The position numbers were made by a program, and so were the translations under genes. A model generated the notes under the pieces. The model was not told where the DNA came from. It searched no databases and saw only the letters and a program-made list of their open reading frames with translations. Below are positions 41,700 to 49,828 of a stretch of 64,000 nt of DNA, piece after piece. This stretch comes from an uncultured delta proteobacterium (GTDB lineage: Bacteria > Myxococcota_A > UBA9160 > SMWR01): assembly GCA_963832165.1 (NCBI GenBank), contig CAWHTE010000005.1, forward strand, positions 64,001 to 128,000, read 5' to 3'. Numbering within the stretch: position 1 is the first letter of the stretch; each line of letters starts with the position of its first letter.

Positions 41700-44600
41700 C
41701 TAGGGAGCCTCGCGCAGTATCCGCTGCTCGAGGTTCCCCATACCGAGCGCCCTAGCTTGCTGCAGTGCCAGGCTCCAGTACTTCCGCCCGCTGCCCACAC
41801 GGTTCTGATCCAGCATCGAAGCGTTGTCAGCATACGTGTGCGCCAAGGCCGGGCCTGCTCCTGCCGCTCGATTCGCGACGATTGCCCTACGAAAGTGAGC
41901 CTGAGCGGTATTCCATTGACACATCAGGCCGGCTAGTACACCAAGGAATCGGTCGGTTGATCCCCAGCAGAAGCTGCTAAATCCCACGACCGCCATTTGT
42001 CCCGCAAAGCGCTCCCACAGGGAATACAGCTCGCGGACAAGCGCAGGAGACTCGAGCACTCGGCACGCTAGCGTCAGAGATCCTAGCGTCCCGAACCACG
42101 CGTTTCGTGGAAAGCTGCTCAGTGCACCTCTGGCAATAGCCGCCTCCATAACATCGCGTGCTTCATCAAGCTTTCCGAGTTCGCAATAGAGATAACAAAC
42201 ACCAGCCTGCCAGCCCTCTACTCTCGGAAAATCCGATGCGATTGCGACTACTGCGGGTTCAATCTCCTCCAAACCTCCCACATCAATCGCGGCCATAGCA
42301 CGCTGCAAAGCAAAACTGTGAAGCGCGTTCCGATCGTCAACCGCTAATCCCTGCCGTAGGAACTCCTCGCCATGCTCACGTGCCGCTGCATAATTCCCTC
42401 TCATTAGCGCGATAGTTGCCTGTAGCATCCCGACATACCAAGCGGCGCTCGGCCTGCGAGTTCGCTGAATCAAAGCTCCGAATCCACCAATCTCAATATC
42501 AACCTCACGCATCTCGCCAACCTGCCAAAGCGCAGTAATCCGGAGAATCGTCCGGAGGAGCGCCGTAGATCCATCCTCTGTATTAGCCGATGTGGATCGA
42601 CGAATGTGCTCATGCGGTGTTTCAACAGAATACAAGGCCAGGCTGCCTGCAGTCCTTGCGAACGAAACCATCTGCAAGTCTTCTCGCGCCTCAGCTGCGA
42701 CAATCGCTTCTTTTACAAGAGCCTTGAGTCGCTCCCGAGGCTCGTCGGACCAGTGAAGCGCCACAGCAAGTCTCGCAAGTATTCGCGGTCGCTCCCGCGC
42801 GTCGGCTGGAAGCTTTCCGAGCGCACCCTCAAGTAGCCCAACCAAGTCGCGGTCGTAGACCCCCGTCTCAATTGCCAATAGGTCCGGAGCAAACGACAGT
42901 GCAGCTCTAGCGCCGAGGTCAGGTCGCTTGCAGTGCTCCGCCAACCGAGCAGCTTCGATTAACGCGTTGCGTGAACTCTCGCGATTCCCAGCGAACCCGT
43001 ACGCCAAGCCCCGCTCCAAGCACAATTCACAGCGCAGCTCGCTGTCCTCTGGACACAGACGTTCCAAGAGGACGACCGCACGCTCGAGATGAGCCGCAGC
43101 TGAGTCGAATGCCGCCCGCTCAATGTCCCACCGAGCGGCACGTATTAAGTAGCTAATCGCCTTAGCGGCAATCGGAGTCGGATACGCGGCTGCGAAATGG
43201 CGCGCAATCTCAGCACTTAGGGGACCAAGCTCTACTCCAGCCATTTCCTCCATAGCGAGAGCGATGCGCCCGTTGTTCTCAGCGCGCTCCGCCGCCGTGA
43301 GCGACGCGCAGACAGCCTCTCTAACCAAGGCATGCGCGAATCGATAGTGACCGACTTCGTCGTCGTTTACACAAATGCCATGGTCTATTGCGACTTCGAG
43401 ACCGGCAAGAACTCGCGATGCATCCATCGCCAACGCATGCTCCAAGAGACCAGCAGAGAACTCTTTTTCAATCACGGCAGCCATTGCCAACAGACCCTTG
43501 ACGCTGGCGGGCAGCAACTCCGTCTGCCTCATTATTGAATCTCGAACTCCGCGCGGAATTGAGTACTCAAGAGGCTGCGCTGTCGTTAGAGATTCAAGGC
43601 GACCCGCATTCTCAAGTACATTCAGTACTTGCAAGACGAAGAATGGGTTTCCATTAGTCTTCGCGAGAAGGTCTCTCACCGCCTCAGCGCTCGGTTGAGT
43701 CCCCACGCGACGCTCGGTGATGATCGCCACATCGTTCGCACATAGACCCCCGAGCGTGATCAGTTCCGCACCTCGCGACCGGAGAACTGACGACACCATC
43801 CCGACACACTTTTGATAGCTACTTCCATGCGTCCTAAAAGTCCCAAACAGAAGCACGTGAGATCCATTCAACTCTGCTGCGAGATGCTGAAATAACAGCC
43901 TGGAAGCCTGGTCCGCCTCATGCAGATCATCGAGGAAGATCGCGATGGGCCCCAGCGATGAGAGCTTCCTAACGAGGGTCAGAATGCTCTCGAAGAGCCT
44001 ATGACGGGATGCTCGCGCGTCGTCCGTCGGACTACTTGCGGAGGGTGAGACTACTTCTTGCAGTTCGGGAAGAACCCAGGCGACCTCCTCAGCTCCATTG
44101 CTCATCGTGTGCACGATCCATTCTCGAGACTCACCTTCTACGAGCTGACGAAGTACCTGAGTCCACGGCCAAAGAGCCGGCGCTTCATCAGTGCCTACGC
44201 ATCTGGCGGATCCCACGCGGAAACCGCGATCGCTCGCGTGAGTTGCTGCCTGCAATAGGGCGGTCGTCTTTCCAATGCCGGCTTCACCAGTTGCAAGGAT
44301 CGTGCGATAGCCACCCGAAGCAGCATTGCTAAGCGAACGCTCCACAGATTCTAGAAATGACTCGCGTCCGAGGAACGAATGATCATCCTGAGTTCGCGAG
44401 CTTCTCTCTGCACGATCGAGCCGAACCAAAGCCGGTTCGACTTGCGCCACAAACTGCAGGCCATTCCCCCGAACTGTCCGAATGATTTGCTGAGCGTGTC
44501 CGGTGTCTCCAATGGCCCGTCTGACGGCGTGCACTGCAAAGCGAAGCGCCTGCTCGTTTACACGCACCCCCTTCCACACGGTGCGGTGAAGTTCCTCGCG

Positions 44601-44759
44601 CGAGACAACTCGGTTTCTGTTGTCGATCAGGTAGAACAGCAGGTCGAGTGGCCTTGCCTGAAGCTGTACTACACGTCCTCGCCGCAATAACAATCGTTCT
44701 GATCTGGAAAGTTCGTACTCGCCGAATCGAACGACAGCGACGTCCTCAAACGCGTTCAT
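41700..44759 (-). CDS. OmpR-type winged-helix + AAA ATPase + TPR-like transcriptional regulator
   Basis: RFGEYEL...VVSREEL...VRRAIGD...IRTVRGNG wHTH; GEAGIGKT Walker A; FLDDLHEAD Walker B; TNGNPFF; YRFAHALVRE; helical C-terminus. Confidence 0.85.
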   Translation of the reverse strand: MNAFEDVAVVRFGEYELSRSERLLLRRGRVVQLQARPLDLLFYLIDNRNRVVSREELHRTVWKGVRVNEQALRFAVHAVRRAIGDTGHAQQIIRTVRGNGLQFVAQVEPALVRLDRAERSSRTQDDHSFLGRESFLESVERSLSNAASGGYRTILATGEAGIGKTTALLQAATHASDRGFRVGSARCVGTDEAPALWPWTQVLRQLVEGESREWIVHTMSNGAEEVAWVLPELQEVVSPSASSPTDDARASRHRLFESILTLVRKLSSLGPIAIFLDDLHEADQASRLLFQHLAAELNGSHVLLFGTFRTHGSSYQKCVGMVSSVLRSRGAELITLGGLCANDVAIITERRVGTQPSAEAVRDLLAKTNGNPFFVLQVLNVLENAGRLESLTTAQPLEYSIPRGVRDSIMRQTELLPASVKGLLAMAAVIEKEFSAGLLEHALAMDASRVLAGLEVAIDHGICVNDDEVGHYRFAHALVREAVCASLTAAERAENNGRIALAMEEMAGVELGPLSAEIARHFAAAYPTPIAAKAISYLIRAARWDIERAAFDSAAAHLERAVVLLERLCPEDSELRCELCLERGLAYGFAGNRESSRNALIEAARLAEHCKRPDLGARAALSFAPDLLAIETGVYDRDLVGLLEGALGKLPADARERPRILARLAVALHWSDEPRERLKALVKEAIVAAEAREDLQMVSFARTAGSLALYSVETPHEHIRRSTSANTEDGSTALLRTILRITALWQVGEMREVDIEIGGFGALIQRTRRPSAAWYVGMLQATIALMRGNYAAAREHGEEFLRQGLAVDDRNALHSFALQRAMAAIDVGGLEEIEPAVVAIASDFPRVEGWQAGVCYLYCELGKLDEARDVMEAAIARGALSSFPRNAWFGTLGSLTLACRVLESPALVRELYSLWERFAGQMAVVGFSSFCWGSTDRFLGVLAGLMCQWNTAQAHFRRAIVANRAAGAGPALAHTYADNASMLDQNRVGSGRKYWSLALQQARALGMGNLEQRILREAP

Positions 44760-44897
44760 GAATTCATTATCCCATGCGAGCCGTTCTTCTAGTTGCCCCG
44801 AGGGGCACGGGGACTTCCGAAACAACAAACTGCTAACGAATCGCCGGAGGCGCCAAGTCTATGCTCCTCGTCACCCCAGAACGCCGAGGACGGCCTA

Positions 44898-46151
44898 ATG
44901 CAGCTCACTGAACGCAGCCGGGTCCTAGTCGCTGACCCCATCAGAGAGAACCGTGGAATGCTCGTCGAGACCCTCTCCTCGTGCGGAATGTCATGCATTG
45001 AAGCTGTGGACGGAGTATCTGCTTGGCGGTGCTTTACGGCAGATAGACCAGACCTCGTCTTGGCAGCCTTGCAGCTTCCTGGTCTAACTGCCCTTGACCT
45101 ACTCGCTCGCATTCGCGACGTCTCGACCACCCCATTCGTCGTTCACGCTCCCGCCGGCGAAATTCCCGCCGCCATCACTGCAATCCGCCGTGGTGCCGCC
45201 GATGTCATTCCCTTCCCTTGTCACGCGGACGAGCTATCCACCCGAATTAAGGCCGCGCTTGCGACTAACCCCGAACGCCGTCGCCGGACAGAAGCACCCG
45301 AATCGTTTGCAGGGCGAAGCCAAGCAACCTCGCGGATCCGAGAGCAAATCAGAGCGCTCGCTGGCTTGCGAATTCCAGTTCTGTTCTGTGGCGAAAAGGG
45401 TACCGGTCGCGACCACGCAGTTCGCTGCCTCGCACAATTGGACGGCGTGGGTGCGAATGATCTATTCAAAGTGTCGCCTGTTACCGGACGCCCCCTAACT
45501 CGCCATGAGGCATCAAAAGCAATCTACATCGATGAGATAGAGCGGCATTCTCGAGTAGACCAAGCCTACTGGTGCGAACGAATCAGCGACTCCGAAAGGG
45601 CCGCACAGGATGCTCCTCGGAGAGTCATCGTTTCAACGAATTCTGATCTAGACAGACTCTCGAGGCGAGACGAGTTCGATCCCAAGCTCGCCGGGATCCT
45701 CCTCCGCTTCGTGGTCAACATTCCGCCGCTTCGCGCTCGCCGTGAGGACCTAATTCCCCTTGTAGAGAGTCTCGGACTTCACGCCTCGCGCCGAATAGGG
45801 CGACCGAATACCAGATTCACTACACCTGCGCTGAAGCTATTGCAGCAACAAACATGGCCGGGGAACGTGTCTCAGCTCGCAGCGCTCATTGAGAAGCTTG
45901 TTGCATTTTCTCCCGACGGCTTGATCACTAGACGCCTCGTCTCGGCCCTGATCGAGGAAGCGCCAACGGGTGTCCCTTCGCTCCGCCGGAATGCGCTACG
46001 CCTTCAGCGCGACGAACTCCTCGCAATCCTCGACCAGACCGGCGGGAACCTCGCAGAGGCGGCTCGACGCATGAATATGAGCCGCGGCGCGGTGATCTAT
46101 CGCGCGCAGAAGTTTGGCCTGCTGGCGAAACGCGTGCGCGCGAACCCCTGA
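44898..46151 (+). CDS. Degenerate NtrC-like REC-AAA-Fis HTH regulator
   Basis: REC-like N-terminus, GEKGTG, IPPLRARREDL, WPGNV, GGNLAEAARRMNMSRGAV; phospho-Asp and GAFTGA absent. Confidence 0.8.
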   Translation: MQLTERSRVLVADPIRENRGMLVETLSSCGMSCIEAVDGVSAWRCFTADRPDLVLAALQLPGLTALDLLARIRDVSTTPFVVHAPAGEIPAAITAIRRGAADVIPFPCHADELSTRIKAALATNPERRRRTEAPESFAGRSQATSRIREQIRALAGLRIPVLFCGEKGTGRDHAVRCLAQLDGVGANDLFKVSPVTGRPLTRHEASKAIYIDEIERHSRVDQAYWCERISDSERAAQDAPRRVIVSTNSDLDRLSRRDEFDPKLAGILLRFVVNIPPLRARREDLIPLVESLGLHASRRIGRPNTRFTTPALKLLQQQTWPGNVSQLAALIEKLVAFSPDGLITRRLVSALIEEAPTGVPSLRRNALRLQRDELLAILDQTGGNLAEAARRMNMSRGAVIYRAQKFGLLAKRVRANP

Positions 46152-46152
46152 A

Positions 46153-47160
46153 TCAAGCCCCTGCGAGAGGGACCTTTCGCACCTTCACACCCGCCTCTCG
46201 CAGTAGATCGAGTGACGTCTGACCTAGCGGGTAGTCGGCGTTGTACACAACTTCGGTGAGGCCGGAATTGATGATCATCTTGGTGCAGATCAGGCAGGGG
46301 CTGAAGGTGGTGTAGAGGGTCCCGCCCTTCACCAGGACCCCGTGATAGGCGGCCTGGGTGATGGCGTTCTCCTCGCCGTGCGAGCACAAGCACTCATCGA
46401 GGCGGGTTCCGCCTTCCGCGAAGCTATTGCAGCGCGGACAGCCGCCCTCGTTGCAGTTGAGCGTGCCGCGCGGGGTTCCGTTGTAGCCCGTGGAGATGAT
46501 GCGGCGGTCGCGCGTGATCACGGCGGCCACCTTGCGCTTCACGCAGTTGCTGCGCGACGCCACCACGCGCGCAATGGCCATGAAGTATTCGTCCCAGCTA
46601 GGTCGTTCAAAAAAAAAGGAGCGCTCCAGCTGCGCCTGCACCTGGGCGTGTAGCTCAGCGAGCGTGCCGTCGTTACTCAGCGTGGTGTCGGCGAGCGCAT
46701 GCACGGCGAGGAGCTGTTGCGCGGCGGGGTCGGCGCCGCCGAGCTCGCGGCCCTCGAGCTCGCGCAGCTGTTCGAGCGTCTGCGGATCGCCGCCGCGCCC
46801 GCGCGCGCGCATGCGTGCTAGGCGAACGTTTTCGTCGGCGTCCACCCACCAGAGCTGGAAGCGACTCGTGCGCGCGCGCAGCACCTCCACCTCGGCAGGG
46901 TGGCGCACGGAATCGATCACGTAGTTGCGGTCGGGCAGCAGCTGTTCGGCGAGCAGCGTTGCCAGGCCACCGGGCCCGCGCGCCTGCCGGATCGCATTAC
47001 CGGCATCGATCATGCGCTCGCGCGTCTCTTCCTGGCCTTGGCGCCGCAGCTCGTCACGGATCACATCGGACAGCGACAGCGCGTAGAAGCTGCGCGACTG
47101 AAGGAAGGCGAGCACCTCACCCTTGCCGGCGCCGTTGCGGCCCGAGAGCCCGATGATCAT
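46153..47160 (-). CDS. P-loop nucleotide kinase-like domain fused to dCMP deaminase
   Basis: IIGLSGRNGAGKG, VIDSVRHPAEV; RPSWDEYFM, TGYNGTP, HGEENAI, PCLIC. Confidence 0.88.
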   Translation of the reverse strand: MIIGLSGRNGAGKGEVLAFLQSRSFYALSLSDVIRDELRRQGQEETRERMIDAGNAIRQARGPGGLATLLAEQLLPDRNYVIDSVRHPAEVEVLRARTSRFQLWWVDADENVRLARMRARGRGGDPQTLEQLRELEGRELGGADPAAQQLLAVHALADTTLSNDGTLAELHAQVQAQLERSFFFERPSWDEYFMAIARVVASRSNCVKRKVAAVITRDRRIISTGYNGTPRGTLNCNEGGCPRCNSFAEGGTRLDECLCSHGEENAITQAAYHGVLVKGGTLYTTFSPCLICTKMIINSGLTEVVYNADYPLGQTSLDLLREAGVKVRKVPLAGA

Positions 47161-47357
47161 CTCGCCCCCTCTCCTCGCGCTCCCATTCTACCAATGAGGT
47201 CGCCGCCGGGTCCCACCGGAATCGAGCCGCGCGGGGTTCCCTCTGGGGATTCCGAGGGTCGCTCGAGCGATCGCCCATCCCTGTGACCGTGACCATGACC
47301 TGTGACCGGATCTGTCACACCCGTCCCGCACGATGGAAGCTGCCCCGGTCCCGGGGA

Positions 47358-49217
47358 GTGAGCATCGTGGTCGACGGAAGCGGAAGCGCGCTGAGACGAG
47401 CGCGCTCGCGAGTGCCGACGTTCGAGACGGTCGCGCGATCGCGGGTCGCACCGCGGCTGCTCGGGATCGAGCCGCGCCGGTCTCCGCCGCCCCGGTCCGA
47501 GGATCTGGATGCGGAGCTCTACCAGCTAGCGCACTCGGCCGGTCCGCTCCGGCGCGCTCTCGCGCGGGTGGCCGGGAGATTGGTGGCCGTGCGCGGCTGG
47601 GAGCGGCTCGGCTTTGCGCGGCTCGCGGATTACGCGGTCGAACGTGCCGGAATCTCGCCGCGCGAGCTGCGAGACCTCGCCCGCGTCGATCGTGCATTCG
47701 AGTCTCTGCCGAGGCTCGAACAGGCCTTCCTCGCGGGTGAGATTGGCTGGACCGAGCTGCGCCTGCTGTGTCGCGTGGCGCAGCCCGACGACGAACGCGA
47801 GTGGCTCGCGCGCGCCTCGCGCCTCACCGCGTCAGCACTCGCACGCGAGGTGCGCCAGGTGGATCGACGCGCGCGAGAAGCCTCCGCGGGGATCGGCGCA
47901 CCCGAGGAAGACGATGAGCGCAGCGTTGGCGTGATCGTTCGCTGCACACCGTCGGTGCGCGCGCGCTGGTGGCACGCGCGCCAGGTCGCCAATCGCGTCG
48001 CGGGGCACACGCTCTCGGCCGGCGCGTTCCTGGAAGCGGTGACGGCCGAGGTGATCTCCGCGGTCGGGTTCCAGGGCGAGTCATCCAACGACTCCAAATC
48101 GGCGCCGCCGGCGATGAGCCACGAAGACTTCGAGCTGTCACGCGCAGACGCCAAACGAGTGCCACCCCAGGCGCCGCTCCAGCCCGGCCCACCTCCCCCA
48201 TTCATCACCTCACTCACGCACGACATCGAGAACGCGGATCCCTTCGAACTCGATGCGCGCCTGCGCCGCGCCGTCCGCCGTGAAACGCGCCGCCTCGCTC
48301 ATCTGGCCGCCCGGCTCGAGCAGGCCGTCGTACTCGGGCTCCCGCGTGCCATGGGATTCGCAAGCCTCGACATCTACGCCGAAGAGCGCCTGGGCATCGC
48401 CGCAAGCCGCGCGCGCGCATTGTTGAGGGTCTCGCGCGCGGCTTCCGAATGCCCGCCGCTTCGCAAGGCCTTCGCCACGGGTCGGCTCTCGTGGGTGCAG
48501 GCGCATGCGCTCGTTCCGCTTCTATTCGAGACCGCCACCCGCCGCTATCGCGAAGCCTGGGTTCTTCACGCCGAGCGCGTGAGCGTGCGGCGCCTGTCGG
48601 ACGACATCGAGCGCGCACTCGGCACCGGAGTCTTCGAGCCTCCGTCTCTCGCGCCGCCGCCTTGTCCGTCGGACCCCGTCGATCTCCAAATCGGTGCCAT
48701 CACACACCCGCCCTCGGATCGAGAGCACCCCGTCCCCCAGACCGAGCGGGTGCGCTTGTTCGTCGCCGCCTCGCTCGAGGTGGCCCACCTGTTCCGCGCG
48801 GCACTCGCCATCGTGCAGCGGAGGCTCGAGCACCTCCGGCGACGCCCCGCCTCCCAAAGCGAGGCACTCGAAGCGATGCTCGCGCACGCGGTCGCCACCT
48901 GGGTCGCGCAGGATCCCCACGATCACGCGCTGCGCGACCACCGTGTCTTCGAGCGAGACGGCTGGCGCTGCACCGTTCCGGGCTGCTCGTCCTACCGCAA
49001 CCTCCACGGACACCACATCGTGTTCCGCTCCCAGGGTGGTACCAACGCACTCAGCAACCTGACCACGCTCTGCTCGTGGCACCACCAGCGCGGTGTTCAC
49101 GGCGGCGTCATCTCCTGCTCGGGGCGGGCTCCCCATGCGTTGCATTTCGCGCTCCTGCTCCGCCCTAACCACCTGCCGCTGCTCTGTTATGGCCCGGGGG
49201 AGGTGCGCATGGGCTGA
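47358..49217 (+). CDS. DUF222-like / HNH endonuclease protein
   Basis: C-terminal RDGWRCTVPGC...HHIVFRSQGG...NLTTLCSWHH; two similar helical modules; start uncertain (ORF open from 47283). Confidence 0.85.
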   Translation: MSIVVDGSGSALRRARSRVPTFETVARSRVAPRLLGIEPRRSPPPRSEDLDAELYQLAHSAGPLRRALARVAGRLVAVRGWERLGFARLADYAVERAGISPRELRDLARVDRAFESLPRLEQAFLAGEIGWTELRLLCRVAQPDDEREWLARASRLTASALAREVRQVDRRAREASAGIGAPEEDDERSVGVIVRCTPSVRARWWHARQVANRVAGHTLSAGAFLEAVTAEVISAVGFQGESSNDSKSAPPAMSHEDFELSRADAKRVPPQAPLQPGPPPPFITSLTHDIENADPFELDARLRRAVRRETRRLAHLAARLEQAVVLGLPRAMGFASLDIYAEERLGIAASRARALLRVSRAASECPPLRKAFATGRLSWVQAHALVPLLFETATRRYREAWVLHAERVSVRRLSDDIERALGTGVFEPPSLAPPPCPSDPVDLQIGAITHPPSDREHPVPQTERVRLFVAASLEVAHLFRAALAIVQRRLEHLRRRPASQSEALEAMLAHAVATWVAQDPHDHALRDHRVFERDGWRCTVPGCSSYRNLHGHHIVFRSQGGTNALSNLTTLCSWHHQRGVHGGVISCSGRAPHALHFALLLRPNHLPLLCYGPGEVRMG

Positions 49218-49266
49218 CACCGAAAAAACTCTGCCCGGTCGCAGCGAGACGCACTAGGATGCTCGC

Positions 49267-49812
49267 ATGCGCATCGTACTCGACCTGTCCGACAAGGATG
49301 TCCGCTACTTCCGGAGCTGCCTCCAGACCGTCAAGAAGGGGGAGCTCTCTTCAGACGAGTCCGTGGTCCTGAAGGCGGCTGCCGATCTGATGGCCCAGGT
49401 CGCCGAAGCCGAGGCCCCCGAGTACGTCCAGGAGCGGATCAGCAAGCTCGCTCAGCTGGTCAAGATGCTCGAAGACCAGCGCTGGCGCCTCACCGGCAAC
49501 GATCGTGCGCGCGTGCTGAACGTGCTGGCGTACTTCGTCGATCCGGACGACCTGATCCCGGACCGGATCCCGGGCCTCGGCTACCTCGACGACGCGATCA
49601 TGGTCGAGCTCGTACTCCAGGAGCTGCGCCACGAGCTCGAGGCCTATCAGAAGTTCTGCGAGTTCCACGAAACCGCCAAGCGCGATCCCGAAGAGCTCGA
49701 GCGCAAACGCGTCCAACTCCAGGCGCGCATGCGCCGCAACCGCCGCGGCGATCGCAACCGCCGGCGGCTGCTGCGCTCCAGCGATCGCAAGGCACCGGTC
49801 GGCCTCTGGTGA
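49267..49812 (+). CDS. YkvA/DUF1232 family protein
   Basis: LAYFVDPDDLIPDRIPGLGYLDD. Confidence 0.85.
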   Translation: MRIVLDLSDKDVRYFRSCLQTVKKGELSSDESVVLKAAADLMAQVAEAEAPEYVQERISKLAQLVKMLEDQRWRLTGNDRARVLNVLAYFVDPDDLIPDRIPGLGYLDDAIMVELVLQELRHELEAYQKFCEFHETAKRDPEELERKRVQLQARMRRNRRGDRNRRRLLRSSDRKAPVGLW

Positions 49813-49828
49813 CGCTACCGCCGCGCGA

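Noticed and set aside
47161..47357. AvcI-like antitoxin RNA upstream of the kinase-deaminase gene
   Set aside because: Short GC-rich spacer shared with the HNH gene; nothing in the sequence supports an RNA gene
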